Shown in pieces: positions 1 through 13,477 of a stretch of 64,000 nt of DNA. How positions within the stretch are numbered: the first letter of the stretch is position 1; each line of letters begins with the position of its first letter. The notes beneath the pieces are model-generated. The model saw only the letters and a program-made list of their open reading frames with translations, had not been told where the DNA came from and searched no databases. The stretch comes from Octopus sinensis (lineage: Eukaryota): assembly GCF_006345805.1 (NCBI RefSeq), contig NC_043004.1, positions 6,634,001 through 6,698,000 on the forward strand, read 5' to 3'. Position numbers and translations under genes: made by a program.

Positions 1-370
1 ACATATTAAATATTAAATGAAAATGATTTACTACCCATAGTCACATGGTTAGCTCTGTACAACACAGTTTTTCTTAAAAGTCTGTTTTACACTGAATGGA
101 AGAACATGGTTTCAGAAAAGAAATTATGGTGGGATGATATTGAATGGCCAGCAAATGCTACAAGACCTATATGGAGTGAGAGAGAGAGTTTAGTTGCATA
201 AACACAGAAGAAAGCTTATGGATGAAGAGGAGTGACAGAATAAGGGAGTCACATCAGTAGGTGAAGGGGGATTAGGCAGGAACATATTTCTCTGTAAAAA
301 GAGGGAGGAAAAGGAAATGAAAGGACAAAAATTTATTTAAAAGGAACATGAGAAAAGAATTTTACAAAAT

Positions 371-653
371 ATATAGCTGTGTGGTTAAAAAAGCCTGTTC
401 TGGAATCACATGGTTTAAGGTTCAATCCCAATGTACAGTACCTTGGGCAAATGTCTTCTGGGCCGCCTAATGTCCTGCGAGTGAATTTAGCAAACAGAAA
501 CTATGTGAAAGGCCATTCTATATATTTGTGTGTGTGTGTGTGTGTTGTGTGTGGCACACCACTGCTTGACAACCAGTGTTGGTTTGTTTATGTTCCCATA
601 ACTTAGCAGTTTGGTTAAGAGACCAATAGAGTAAGTACCATACTTTAAAAACA

Positions 654-726
<73 letters not shown>

Positions 727-817
727 AGTACTGGGATTGAAGTGTTGGACTAAATCCTTCAAGGTGGTGCTGTAGCAAGGCCACAGTCCAGTGACTGAAA
801 AATGTAAAAGATAAAAG
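371..817 (+). mobile_element. tRNA-derived CORE-type SINE (octopus family A), near full length with internal (TG)n/(TA)n
   Basis: A-box-like gctgtgtggtta, B-box-like ggttcaatccc, CORE-like ccttgggcaaatgtcttct, 3' end ccacagtccagtgactgaaaaatgtaaaaga; the same sequence recurs more than 20 times in the window. Confidence 0.85.
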
Positions 818-1875
818 AAAAGAAAAAAAATTTCAAAAGTAAAGTGAATGGGACTAATTAATATGCAACTATAATCAGGTGTTTTTAAGTTATGTTGAAG
901 CAAGCAAAGAAGGAAATGTAGAATTCTAGAAGAAATAGGCATCAAGAAAAGCTCTTTGATTAGTCACTAGTATTGGAGTAGACAAGTTGCCGACACACCA
1001 GACTATCAGTCTTAAAAGTAGTGAATATAAGAGAAAAATGGGAGGAGGAGGTGGAGGAAGATGACAACAACAATGCAGAAGAGGAAGAAGGCTTAACAAA
1101 CAAGATAACTAACTAGGTGTCAGAGATCTGCAGAATGGTGTGGAGGTTGAAGGGATAGTAGCAAAAAATGCAAAATTAATGGAAAATTAAAGCAAAGGAG
1201 ACAGCTAGGTAAAGTTTTAACAATGGGGATATTTGCTGTAAATTAACACTAAAATAATAATCTGTAAAGTAAAAGTAACAAATTTAAAGGGATGAGGGAG
1301 TTATAAACAAATAATAGTAGTGGAAAAGAAAACTTGGTGTTTTGAAGGGAATATGTTAAATAAAATGTAAAAGCCAGGATGTACAGAACATCAGAGTGTC
1401 AAGTATAGTAACAGTAAAAGGTAGCTAAGCAAATAAAAATATGGGGGAGTGGTAAATATGTTGATGTATTATTATAAAGTGTGAAGAAAGAATGACAATT
1501 ATAGAATAAGATACAAAGGAGCTGGGTCAGTAAACAGTTAGAAACCAAGTCACAGCAACAGAAGGAGATCCTGTGCTTTAATAATTAAATCAAAGAGGAT
1601 AAATTACTCGCTAAAGTCAAGGCGTAGTTTGGGGTTTGTACTAGAGCTAGAAATTTGCCATCCTGCATTTATTACATGACGAAATCCTTCCATCATATTA
1701 ATTTTAGTGGATTGTATCTAGCAAACAGAACGACTAAGCTTTTTCTAAAGCATAAATTGCAAGGTCTCTCATTACCAGTGGTTGGACGTGGCTCTAGGTA
1801 CTATTTTTCCATTTAGTTAGTAATCTTTACCTTTAACTTCTAAATAAAAGTGTTGAGAGTGGAGTTTCCATTATG

Positions 1876-2180
1876 CAAGCATGGCTGTATGGGCAAGACA
1901 ACTACTTCCCAACCAATGGTTTCAACTGTTTTGTGAGTGGATTTGGTAAAGGGAAAATGTATGGAAACCAGTCATATATGCATGCATTTCCTTGTCATAC
2001 AAGCAAGGTTATTCGTTTCCAATGTTCTGGCGCAAATATGCTTGGCCATAGGGAAACATTACTTTGCTTAGAAACAAGTAAAGGTTGACAATAGGAATGG
2101 GATCTGGCTGTAGAAAACCCGTCTATAAACTGTCCAATCCATGCATACAAGGAAACGTAGATGTTAAAATGATGCTGCTG
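1876..2180 (+). mobile_element. CORE-head SINE with RTE-like (ggcatcc...gttaaaatgatg) tail, degenerate
   Basis: Head atggctgtatggg..., gtgagtggatttggta, tail ggttgacaataggaatgggatctggctgtagaaa...gatgttaaaatgatg, matching other copies in the window. Confidence 0.65.
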
Positions 2181-2286
2181 ATGAATGGTTCCTGAACATG
2201 TGCTTGTTATGGTATAGTTTAAAAGGTGTAAAAATAAAACCTGTGTGCTTGTTGAATTAGTGGTAAACATGATTGCATTAACAGAT

Positions 2287-2482
2287 AATCCTTTCTACTA
2301 GAGGCACAAAGCCTGAAATTTGAGGGGAGGGGGATAGTCAATTACATCAACCCCAGCGTTTCACTGGTACTTCATTTATTGACCATGAAAGGATGAAAGG
2401 CAAAGTTGACCTTGGTAGAATTTGAACTCAGAATGTAGCAAATGGGCGAAACACAGCTATGCATTTCATCCAGTGTGCTAAA
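2287..2482 (-). mobile_element. Meta-domain SINE
   Basis: Reverse strand reads ttctgagttcaaattc (B box) then actttgcctttcatcctttcatggtcaataaatgaagtaccag (Meta-domain-like); 3' end tagtagaaaggattat. Confidence 0.8.
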
Positions 2483-3402
2483 CATTAATAGATAATATCT
2501 AGACATTAATGATCTAGAGGGCAGTAACGTAAGTAAATGTGGTTACATTTTGTATTTGTGTATATGTTAGCATAATTGGTGGAGTTGAGGCTTTTGTAGG
2601 TTGCAGTATGTTATGGCTTGGGCAAAATTAAATGTAGCAGAGTCAGATACAGTGTATTTGTAAATAAATTCTACAATATTTATACTGCATGTAAAAGTAT
2701 TTAAGAAAGTGAAAGTAAAGTCAAGCTATTGCATTTTTTGCGGCTAAGATGAAAGAACAGATAAGAAGATACATTATTCATTCTATTCTAATTCTCTTTC
2801 TATGTCTACCATTTGTATAATTTTAACCAATTGATGTGTGCGGTGTGTGTCCCATGTAGTAGATTTTCTCTTGAAACTGCTCTTGATGCTTTGCTGTAAA
2901 CTGCTGCTTCAATATGTTGGAAGAGAGGTCTGAGATTCTTCCAAGCCAAACATTCTTAAGATTATTTATGTTTTTGAGGACACTTAGAGAAGAAGAGTAA
3001 GTAGTTCAACAACTTATCCTAAGAGGATAAGAAGTTGAACTTATCTGCTTCATGATGGTTGGTTTTAATAGAAAGAATCTAATTTCCTGAATAAATTCTA
3101 ATTTAATATACTAGTAATAAGAAACTTTGCAATTTATGCTTGGGGAAAAGCTTAGCCATTCTATTTGTTGAAGGCAGACTACTAAATAAGTGTAATGAAA
3201 AGTTTTTCTCATGACGTTGAATTCTTATATCTGCTAAAAACCCACACATTTTCTCTTTGCCAAATCCACTCACAAAACAGTTGTACTAAAATCTTTGCCC
3301 TTTATTACCATATTCTGAAGAAGGAAGGACCCTCAATGTAAGCCAAAACATGGGTCCAGTTGCCCACAGAATAATGCATAAAGACATACATTTATATTCA
3401 TT

Positions 3403-3765
3403 CTTTTTGTTTCAGTCATTTGACTGTGGTCATGCTGCAGCACAGACTTTAGTTGAAGAAATCAACCCAAGGAATTCTTCCTTGTAAACCTAGTACTTAT
3501 TTTATTGGTCATTTTTACCAAACTAAGTTACGGGAATATAAATACACCAACATCAGTTGTAAAGCAATGGTGGGGGACAAGCACAGACACACAGACATAT
3601 ATATATATGACGGACTTCTTTCAGTTTCCATCTATCAAACCCACTCACAAGGCTTTGGTTGGCCTGAGGCAATAGAAGATACTTTCCCAAAGTGCCACGC
3701 AGTGGGACTGAACCTGGAACCATATGGTTGGGAAGCAAGCTTCTTACCACACAGCCATGCCTGTG
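3403..3765 (-). mobile_element. CORE-type SINE family A, full length
   Basis: Reverse complement of family A: ggcatggctgtgtggtaagaagcttgcttcccaacc...ggttcagtcccactgcgtggcactttggg...gactgaaacaaaaaga. Confidence 0.88.
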
Positions 3766-3924
3766 CTTATGCCTGAATATTTGTTTATGGTCACAGCTTT
3801 CATTAAATCTTGTATTTGCATTTATCCAGTAACTCACCCACACGGTGCACTCTTTAGTGTACATATGTATACACAACCACATGTGTGTATGTACCATATA
3901 CACAGATATAAATGTATGCATACA

Positions 3925-4640
3925 CACATGGCTGAGTGGTTAAGAAGTTCCCTTCACAACCAGGAAGTTCTCCATCCTACTGTATGGCATCTTGGGCAAG
4001 TACCTTTACTATAGCATGTGGCCAACAGAAATCTTGAGCAAATTCAAGATAAATAGAAAATGTGCAGGAGTTCATTGAGCGGCCCCTTTTTTTTTTGTTT
4101 TGAAGTCAAAACTCCAGCTTTGTCACCTTGTGTCACACTGGTTCTACTTGAGGATACACATGTCTGTGGAATATTTGGCCTCTTCACATGATAATTCAAT
4201 GAGTAGGTTGTCTAGTTGGTATCACTCAACTGGATGCTCAAAAATTGATACCAATAAAAGTTTGCTTCCTAGCCATATGATTTTAGGTTCAATCTCAAAG
4301 CATAGAACCTTGGGAATCTTCTACTAAAGACCTGGACAGAGCAAAGCCTTGTGAGTGGATCTGGTAGTCAGAAATTGAAAGAAGCTCATTGAGTATGCAT
4401 GCATGCATGCATGTGTGCGTGTGTATGTGTGTCTCCTTGTCTTGACATGATAGTTGTACTAGTGGTGTCCATTTCCAATCTTCTGAGAAAATGCCTGACC
4501 ATGGGGAAATATTACCTTACTTGAAAATAGGTGAGGGTTGGATGTAGGAAGGGCATCTAGCCTTAGCAAATCTGCTTCAACAAATTCTACCCAACTGATG
4601 CAAGCATGGAAAAGGGAATGTTAAAGCAATGACAATGATC
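3925..4640 (+). mobile_element. Cluster of SINE fragments (CORE heads, second CORE-family fragment, RTE-like tail)
   Basis: Heads at about 3927 and 4258; tail ggttggatgtaggaagggcatctagcc...gttaaagcaatgac; 4115-4240 resembles the 56825-56970 repeat. Confidence 0.65.
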
Positions 4641-5269
4641 ACACACACAGATAAGCCTCATATAGCTTCTGCCTACCAACATCAGGCAAAAAGCATTAGT
4701 TACTCAGCAGTTACAGAAAATGACAATTGATCAAGATGTTGCACAGAGGGAATAAATCACAAACCATATTGAGAAGTGTGAAAGTTTTCACTTCTGGTTC
4801 TTGTATGGGATTGTCTAAGTGAAAAAAAAAAAATGATGTCATCACATTTATGTTCCCAGTAAATGTTACATCCGGTAGATCTGGGCTCTTGAAGCAGTAA
4901 ATTAAAAAAATAATAATCTTTTCCTTGTAAGACAGAGCAAAGGCTGGTAACAGGAAGAGCATCCAGGAACAAAAATACTATCTCAAATAAATTACCCATT
5001 CAGCCCACACCAAAATGCAAAAATGGACATAAAACAGAATGAAACAGGCACACTAAATATATTGTTTGCTAAGTGCAGAGGACTTGAAGTGCCTTGCCTC
5101 CTTTCCTGCCAGCTGGCATTAAGAGTGATCACGAGATACTTAGGAACTTGCTTAAGGACTTCCTAAGCCTATCATTGTCGTTCCTAGTGACAAGAGCTGA
5201 GTTCTGAATGATGATCATAACTAAATATAAGTTTCCTTTTATTAGTGAGTTACACTGTAATAAAAATGT

Positions 5270-5584
5270 AATTGGACGTCCTTCATCGCATCAATCCTCA
5301 TGTATTTCCAAGCAAGTAATATTTCCTTATGGCCAGGCATATTTTTTCATGGAAGATTGAAAACAACCTCCCTTAGATCGCAATTACGCTCATTTACAAC
5401 CATCACCTGATATCTAGATAAGGGTACGAATACACATATGGAACAGGTTTCTTTCAATTTCTATCTACCAAATTCACTTACAAGGGGCTGTAATAGAAAG
5501 TGCTTTCCCAAGGTGCCACACACTGAGATTGAACCCAAGACCATATGGTTGGAAAGCAAGCTTCTTAATCACACAGCCATGCCT
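5270..5584 (-). mobile_element. CORE-head SINE with RTE-like tail
   Basis: Head ggcatggctgtgtgattaagaagcttgctttccaacc on the minus strand; tail fragment ccaagcaagtaatatttcc. Confidence 0.7.
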
Positions 5585-5609
5585 TTTTAAATATACATTT
5601 GTTAGATGA

Positions 5610-6035
5610 AATGAAGACAAAAGTGACATTGTAAATGTGAGCACTAATTTGAGTGCAAGAAGATATATGAAAATATGTAAATGAAAAAGAAGTGGTGATA
5701 GAAAAAAGAAACTGAAAGAAAAGGAGATAAGAAAAGATGATTGATGCAAAGAATGGCTGGGTCAGAAGTTTTAAGTATGTATTGGGGTCTAAGCCAACTT
5801 TGGAATTTCAAATTGTTGATGGTGAAAACAAACACTATTTTAATGCATCTAAAACTGAATGCAATGAAGTTGCTGTCCTACCTATATCCTATGAGATGTT
5901 GCAAAGCCTCAAAAAAGATGTGAATGGGGAAGACATATTTTGGAATACAGGCTGGATCAAATTCTTCAAAATATATTCTCAGGCATGGACTGACTTCTAT
6001 GGCTATCACTTTACAGTTTGAGAATATTCCCTCAA
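5610..6035 (+). pseudogene. Degraded pogo/Tigger-like transposase N-terminus (CENP-B-type HTH)
   Basis: Frameshifted translation ...LPISYEMLQS...FWNTGWIKFFK/RHGLTS..T.Q..IP resembles the HTH_Tnp_Tc5 pattern (P.S..ML..KA...F.AS.GW...F..RHGL); no DDE domain seen. Confidence 0.45.
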
Positions 6036-6114
6036 TCGCTGCATTAAAGCCACTCTTTTGCATCAGTTTGTTAAAATACAGTCTGAGCAAAAGACTGATT
6101 TATTATATTAAAAC

Positions 6115-6470
6115 GGGCTATATGGTTAAGAACTTCACTTCACAACATGGTTTCAGGTTCAGTCCCACTGCATGGCACCTTGGGCAATTTTTTTTCTACC
6201 ACCACCCAAGCCAACCAATGTCTTGTGAGTGGAATTTGTAGACAGAAATTGTATTAAGTTCATTGAGTGTGTGTATCATCAGCATTTAACAGCCATTTCC
6301 CCATGCTTGCTTCAGTCAGACGGAATTTGTTGAGACAAAACTTCTACAGGTAGATACTCTCCCAGTTGCCAAGCATCCCCTGTTTCCATGCAAGGTGTAA
6401 TATTTCCTCATGGAAGACTGGAAACAAACATCACTACTTGAATGGTGGTGATGCACATTTACAACATTAC
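6115..6470. mobile_element. CORE-SINE head (+) and RTE-like SINE tail (-)
   Basis: ggctatatggttaagaac...ggttcagtcccactgcatggcaccttgggcaa, then the reverse tail catttaacagccatttccccatgcttgc...caaggtgtaatatttcc. Confidence 0.7.
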
Positions 6471-6734
6471 ATGCACACACACGTGTGCCTGTATGCAAAT
6501 GTATGTGAATTTTAACATGTAGCAAAGCAACATGGATTTTAACATTCCATGTTGACATTATGACTGGTCACTGTTTTTTTTTTTTTTTTGAAGATCTGAA
6601 ATATAAAAATCCTTTACCTGAGAAAACGTGTGAATGTTGGTGATAAGAAGAGCATCCAACCGAAAACTCCTGCCTCAAAATCAATCCCAACTTTAGTCAT
6701 GCTAACTTTGGTAAAAAATTGACACCAAACTAAA

Positions 6735-8615
6735 ATAATTTACAAGATGTAATGAATAATGATGTAGCTAAGGGAGATACTGGTCAACTTTGCATTCTCC
6801 CATTGTCATCAAATTTTGTATGTAGTCTTTGACATGTGCAGGATGCAATGACTTTATCTTTACTATTTTGGCATCACAAGAACTCTTTATTATTTTCATC
6901 TTCAACTCTCAAATAAACAAAATTCAAAAAAAGATCCTTCCAAACAAAACATTCACTTGCAAGCATGACCTCACAGTAAGGGGTTTCCACTGGCAACCAA
7001 TGAATTTGATTACTAAATTACTATTTAGATCAGTCATGTGTGACATGTATATCATCATCATCATCATTTAATGTCCATTTTTCCAGCTGGAATTTGTTGA
7101 AGTAGATATTTTACAGCCAGATACACTTCCTGTCACTAACCCTCACTTAGTTCCAAGCAAGGTAATATTTTCCCAAAACTGGACATGTCTTTCAAGGAAG
7201 ACAAGAAACAAACCACCTCACTTGAGTGACAATGATGCTCATTTACCATCATCATATGATGGCTGTAAATGTGAAGGTTTTAATTGCAGAATGATTCCAT
7301 CGTATCAGCAGAGGCCAAGACTCTGGTAGAGAGAAAACACTCTTCAATATTGTTAAAACCTAGCTGACTTATGGCTCTCTATTGTGCCCTGAGCAGGAAT
7401 TCAACCAACACAGAACACAAGAAATGCATTAAATGGTTTCCAAGACTTGGATTGCTGTCTAAAGAACCTTAGCACCGTAACATTTAAACCAGTTATATCC
7501 AGCTGAAATTTTCCACCTGTTTTATGTTTAAACTGACCAGGCCTGGCTTTATCAACTGCTTTGTCATTCTAAAAATAAACTATCATATTGTCAAATGTAG
7601 ATATGCAATAATGCACGGTTTGATTCAAAACGGTGTTTATAAATATACATTACATTTGACAAGAGAAATCTGAATGCTAAACGGCTGAACCTCCCCCACC
7701 CATGATGTTAAAATTCTGTGAACTATTCAATTCACTTCATCTTTGACTCAAGTATCATAAATGGCATGGCCAATGATTTCAAGCATCATCAAGTAGAAGA
7801 GATTTACCCTAGCATAGAAACAGGATACTTAAATAAACCCTACAATGTAGACCATCCTCAACCTAATAACACTGAACTCAGAAAGTTATAAATGGCAGCT
7901 TGAGAGATGGTAACACAATGTCGACACTAAGATCACATGTCAATGATGGTGAACTCAAACTTATTGCAGAAAAGAGGACAATCTGGAATTTGATTCCTTG
8001 ATGGTACTGGTTTCATCAGTAGCATCAAAGAAGACATTCCTGGTCAGTATATTTTGCTTGTTAAATACACAAGGCATAACTATTTCAATAGCTTCCTCAA
8101 GTTTTGCTGCCCCACTCCTTGGAGCCATAAAGCGCATTCTGCTTTCTAGCTAGTCTTAGACTTGTGTACATATGATGCACCTACTTGCAACATTGCTAAG
8201 AATTCTAGAAGTGGACATGAGATTCCAAACGATTCTGTGAGATAAATGCACAAGGGGAAAAAAAAAAGAGCTCTGGAGGCCTTAGACAAGACATTGGAGG
8301 ATTTGCACGACAATATGTTTTCAAATAGGGTGTTGGGTGGCTTCCTTCAGACCCAAAGGAATAGAAGTTGATGAAATCCAAGCTTGCTTTAAGTCATCAA
8401 TTTACAAAGTTAATATCTTTAAACCCTCTACAAATCGGAAGGTTAATTTTTGGGGGATGTCAACTGAGAGATCAAGTTCACCAAAAATAAGGTACAAGTT
8501 GGAGAGGGAAGATTTCTTTCTGACAGTAATGGCATTATTGACCCAGTGGATAAGACAGCAGATAAATTGATTATAATGATGCTCTCTAATTTGTCACATT
8601 ATTACAAAACACATA
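6735..8615 (+). mobile_element. Fragmented Helitron RepHel (Rep + PIF1-like helicase) relic, interrupted by a SINE (7050-7260) and a MITE (7470-7690)
   Basis: Collinear degenerate motifs: GQLCILP, QDAMT, ELFIIFIFN...KHDLTVRGFH (Rep PDLFITFTCNP/RHDL region), DSIVSAE...TLFNIVKT, KCIKWFPR, KTFLVSI, IASSSFAA, KAHSAF, DAPTCNIAKNS, ALEALDKTLEDL, DEIQACFKSS, VGEG; many stops and frameshifts. Confidence 0.8.
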
Positions 8616-8624
8616 TACACACAA

Positions 8625-9290
8625 GCTCACTTAGACTCTCCTACATGGTGAGATGTATAAGACATCAAGCTTCTTCCAGCATGGTTGATCTGCTGCAGTT
8701 TTTTTTCCTACTCCTGTCTAACTGCTTCACATACATTTAAGGTGTGCATGGAATGTTTGGCACAAAGAGTTCTTCTATTGACCCTTTTCCTGTTTGCCCT
8801 TTTCAGGTGCAAAATGTGTGACATAGCGCCATCATGTTTTGCAGTGGCTAGGATTTACTTTACACAAAGATTTCTTTATTTATAATTTTACCCCACAAAG
8901 TGACTTGAGGATCTTCTGTAGGCATCAGTGGTGTAATGTGTTCAACCACTTGGCCTGTTTGCCTAACATATTCCAGGACAAAGAACCAATGCATTATTCA
9001 TTTTTTTGTTTTTGGCCAGACTTAGCGCAAAAGTTGGAAACAGGCCCTGCTTTGCCAATACAACTATTTATGTAACTTTTGATGCTTCTGTCAATACTGA
9101 TCACACACAAAAACACACATAGATTGTGATGGTCTGTGTGACAGCGCCAGGCAAATACACCTATACTGGCATCAGTTAGATGGGTTGTCATGGTTGGTAT
9201 CACTGCACACTGCATTAAAGTAAACTATTCAGCTTGTGTAATGTATACTTGTTTCTGGTGCACTTTCTCAAGCTACAAGAGAGAGCATGT
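8625..9290 (-). mobile_element. RTE-clade LINE, degraded RT C-terminal region and 3' end
   Basis: Minus strand: ...ISIDRSIKSYINSCIGKA (EINSRIGKA motif), CLQKILKV...KIINKEI; 3' terminus ggagagtctaagtgag. Confidence 0.65.
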
Positions 9291-10244
9291 AACAGATAAG
9301 GGTAGCCTAAACCATTCTGTGTATCCAACAACAGTTCTTATTTGTACTCTCAGCCAACATAGATAGATATGTATGCTTTCATGGTGTGTGGAGACCAAAT
9401 CTTAGTTAATCCCTTCTCGTCATGGTTTCCATGGCCAGATGCCTCCCTTCCATATCATGAGCCAATTTACAGAAAGCACTGCATGCATTTAATAGACTGT
9501 CAAAGAGAAGGTGCTATAATTTCAGGAATTTACAGCATCCACAACACATAAAAGTGGTGGGTGTTAGGAAGGGCATTCATCTGCAGAAACCATGCCAAAG
9601 CAGGCACTGGAGATTGATGCAATCCTATTGCTGCACGCTAGATCCTGTCCAACCCATCCCTGCATGGGAAAATGAAAGCTTAATGATAATACTGATTCTC
9701 ATAACATACTGACATGCTAAGGGGAAAATGTATTCCTTGCTGGGAGATTAGGTGAAAGATAAGATGTTTCAGTCTTTTTAGATCTCATTAGCAAAGGTGG
9801 CCTACTTGAGTTGTATTCCTTAGCTCAGTATGCACTTACATGTACATCATCATCATCATCACCAACATTTAACATCTATTTTTCCATGCTGGCATGAGTG
9901 TATGTGTGTGTAAATATATATATGTGGCTTATATCTGTGAGGATGGTATGCCAATTGGTTGAGTGGCTTTCCTTTGGGTGTGACCTGAGATGTTTATATA
10001 AAAGCAGCAGCATCCCAGTTGTGATTGTAACACAACAATACTCCATAATGTAGCCTTACGTGAGCTGTCCGGAATACATTTGTATATAAAACACTTAACT
10101 GGATAATAAAGGAACATGCATATAGGGGGTGGGCATACACACACACACAGATTTCTTATATACAAATATTGAATGTGTATGTATTTACGTATGTATGAAT
10201 ACATATATATACTGTGCATATATATATATATATACATACATACA

Positions 10245-10602
10245 TTCTTTTACTTGTTTCAGTCATTTGACTGCAGCACCACCTTTAGTCAAGCTAATTG
10301 ACCCCAGGACTTATTCTTTGTAAGCCTAGAACTTATTCTATCAATCTTTTGACAAACCGCTAAGTTAAGAGGAAGTAAACATACCAGCATTGGTTGTCAA
10401 GCAATGTCGGGGGAACAATCACAGACACACACACATACATGATAGGCTTCTTTCAGTTTCCGTCTACCAAATCAACTAATAAGGCTTTGGTTGGCCCGAG
10501 GCTACAGTAGAAGACACTTGCCCAAGGTGCCATGCAGTGGGACTGAACCTGGAACCATGTGGCTGGTAAGCAAGCTACTTACTACACAGCCATTCCTGCA
10601 CC
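10245..10602 (-). mobile_element. CORE-type SINE family A, full length, relatively young
   Basis: ggtgcaggaatggctgtgtagtaagtagcttgcttacc...ggttcagtcccactgcatggcaccttgggcaagtgtcttctac on the minus strand. Confidence 0.9.
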
Positions 10603-10945
10603 TATATATATATATATATATATTTATACATAGGTGCATATTTTTTTATACATAGGTATATATTTTGTTATATTGGTTTCACTCATTCATTTTCTATGTA
10701 TAAACATTCTTCGTTGCACACACACACACACGGAAAGTAGACATAAACTGGTGATGAAAATTCTAATGTTTTCTTGGTGATCGCAGTCATTAGGCAGGAA
10801 TGATACTGAGGCAGTAGCTCAAATGGTTTAGTCAGTCGCATCAGTTAAGTGTTTAGTTCCTTTTGCTTATGCAAAAATAAAGGAACACAACATAAACAAC
10901 ACCAGTTTTGAGACATACTTTGTAAACGAGCCAAGAAACAGAAAT

Positions 10946-10977
<32 letters not shown>

Positions 10978-11626
10978 TTATTTATATATATATATGAAAA
11001 GCTTCTACAGCTCTCATCTATCAAATACCACACCCAAACTACAGAGGAACCAAAGGCTATAGAAGACATTTCACAAAAAACGCTGAGCAGTTGACTGTGT
11101 CATCATTTAGTGTCCACTTTTCAATGCTTGTATGTGTTGGACTGGGTATATTTGAGATAGGAACAAATTTTCTACAGTTGGATGCCCTTCTTGCTGCTAA
11201 CCCTCATGTTTCCAAGCAAGGTAATATCTCCTCAAAGCCAAACATATTCTTCCAGAATACTGGAAAAGAATGACACTGCTTGTTTGACAGGGACAATCAT
11301 TTACATTTATCTATATTTATCTATAAGAAAGCCTTATATGCCCCTTTATTAGACTATTTTCCTTAGTCATTGCATGGTGATCACCATAAGCTTCAAGCTT
11401 ATATAAAAATATTATTATTTACAGGATATATATATATATAATCAAAAATTTAACAAAAACACAAGAAACAGAACTATAACAAATATGAAATAAACAGAAA
11501 ATTTGTAGCTTATTCCTCATCAGCCAATGTCCAAAAATTCATAACAATTTTGTGCATATATATATATATATATGTAAAAGAAATTTAATAAAAACAGGTG
11601 TTTGCAACATTATATTGTAAAGGAAA

Positions 11627-11798
11627 ATTATAGCTGTCAACTGAACTTGACTAAGGGTGTGAATAACATACTCTGATGGGAGCTGCAATCAGAGTACATG
11701 TCATGTGTTTTGTAACAGCATTGGAGCATTTTAGCTCCTATTTCTAGCAATGTAGGTGTTATTCACACCCTTAGTCCAGTTTAGTTGATGACTATAAT
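11627..11798. mobile_element. MITE with ~42-bp terminal inverted repeats (Tc1/mariner-like, TA-flanked)
   Basis: attatagctgtcaactgaacttgactaagggtgtgaataaca vs tgttattcacacccttagtccagtttagttgatgactataat. Confidence 0.75.
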
Positions 11799-11960
11799 AT
11801 ATTTGCTTCCCAACCACATAGATTTAGGGTCAGTCTCACTGTTTGGCACCTTGGGTAACTATCTTCTATTATAGCTTCAAGCTGACCAAATACGTGTGAG
11901 TGAATTTGATAGATGGAAACTGAAAGAGGCCTATTCCTATTATGTGCGTGTGTTTATATC

Positions 11961-13188
11961 TACTGGGTCACAAACCAGATAAATGCATTCATTTCTTACC
12001 AATATTATTTGAATTAACAAGAAAAGTATTTTAATCATAGTGTTTTATGGTTTTACTAATTAGTTCTAGTCTTCTACAGCTTTTGTTATGAAATTTGAAT
12101 TTTACCTCTTTTCAGACAAATGACAATGCCAAGTACAAAAATATGACCATTTTGGAGACCTACTACACTTCCCTTTCATTCAGGGTTCCAAAACTGCTAA
12201 AGCCACTCTAGATTTTTGTGCTGTATACAGAGAGGACATTATTACTGAAAGAACTGCACAAAATGATTTTTACACTTCCAGGAAGAGAAATTTGACCCCA
12301 TAGCCTCTCTGTGTTCTGGCCAACTTGTTCAGTTCAATGAAGATCAAATTAACAAGATCATCCATAAGGATCTGTGCTAATAATCCACTAGGGAACTGGC
12401 CCAAGCAAATACAATGTTCTCACTATATATCACCAGTTACTTTCACTTGATGAGTAAGGTCCAAAATCTCAGTATATGGGTGCCACACACTTTGAATGAA
12501 AGAGACAAACTCCAGCACTCTTCTATCACCACCAGTTTGCTCACCTGATACTAGGCTACTCATGGATACAAACATTATTTTACTGCAAGGTCACTGGTGA
12601 TGAAAAGTGGTGTCTTTAAGCCAATATAAAGCAGAGGAAGGAACGATGAAGTCCTGACAAGCACTTGAACCAAACCAAAGCTGTATCCATGCAAGACAAT
12701 CTCCGCATTTGGTGGGACTGGGAATGGCTAATCCACAACAAAATGCTTGAAAACAATCACTGAGTCAATGCAGAGCTTTATGTTTAGCAAATGCCTCACT
12801 TCAATGAGGCATTTCAGTTCAGACAACCTGACTGGCAACATGGGATGTTTCTTTCAGTGTGACAATACTTGTCCCCACATCACTAATTTAGCCAAAAATG
12901 TTATTCAAGAGCTCGGGTTGGAAGTTCTACTGCATTCACTGAATTTCCTGACATGGTACCTTCAGATTATCACCTTTTACAGTTGTTCGCCAACAATCTT
13001 TCAGGCATTGTTCAATGAATTCTTCAAGCCAAGACTTGGTGATTTCAACTGTCAAGACATTGAGAAGCCAGTGGAACATCATCAGGAAGTTATGGATAAT
13101 GAAAAAGAATATATTATTGACTGATTTATTAAAATTGTTGATTAAAATAAATGGCAGAGGGGTGTGTGAATTTATCTAATAGCCTAAT
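11961..13188 (+). mobile_element. Decayed full-length mariner transposon (DD34D transposase pseudogene about 12120-13124)
   Basis: Translated motifs CQVQKYDHF...GSKTAKA...CAVY...TERTAQ, WVPHTL (12478), VTGDEKWC (12591), IWWDW, QCDNTCPH (HDNARPH), PDMVPSDYHL (YSPDLAPSDYHL), EYIID*; termini tactgggtca... / ...gcctaata; multiple stops and frameshifts. Confidence 0.9.
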
Positions 13189-13433
13189 ATGTATGTGCAC
13201 ATGAATGCACATCTTGGTTTTCACACTGTTTGTAAATAAGCATCACTGTAATGTTGGTGACAGGAAAGGCATCCAAATGAATGAAGAAAATCAAATTCTG
13301 TCTGACCCATGCAAGCATGGAGTGTGTGCTTTGCATAAACTTTAACCTTGCGTACATGTATATATAGTCACAAACACAAAGCAATACACATATGAATATA
13401 TGCATATATAAATATACATATACATGTACATGC

Positions 13434-13477
<44 letters not shown>

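Noticed and set aside
371-450. tRNA gene at SINE heads (here and elsewhere)
   Set aside because: Only A/B-box remnants continuing into the SINE body; no complete cloverleaf
820-1560. Purine-rich tract, also 20850-21240 and 21880-22900, possibly ancient LINE ORF1/gag
   Set aside because: No motif could be identified with confidence; stops in all frames
8161-8260. Minus-strand acceptor (T-tract...cacag) suggesting a host exon
   Set aside because: Lies antisense within the Helitron helicase relic; all frames close quickly
11505-11535. CTGATGA hammerhead-like core on the minus strand
   Set aside because: No stem II or properly placed GAAAC follows
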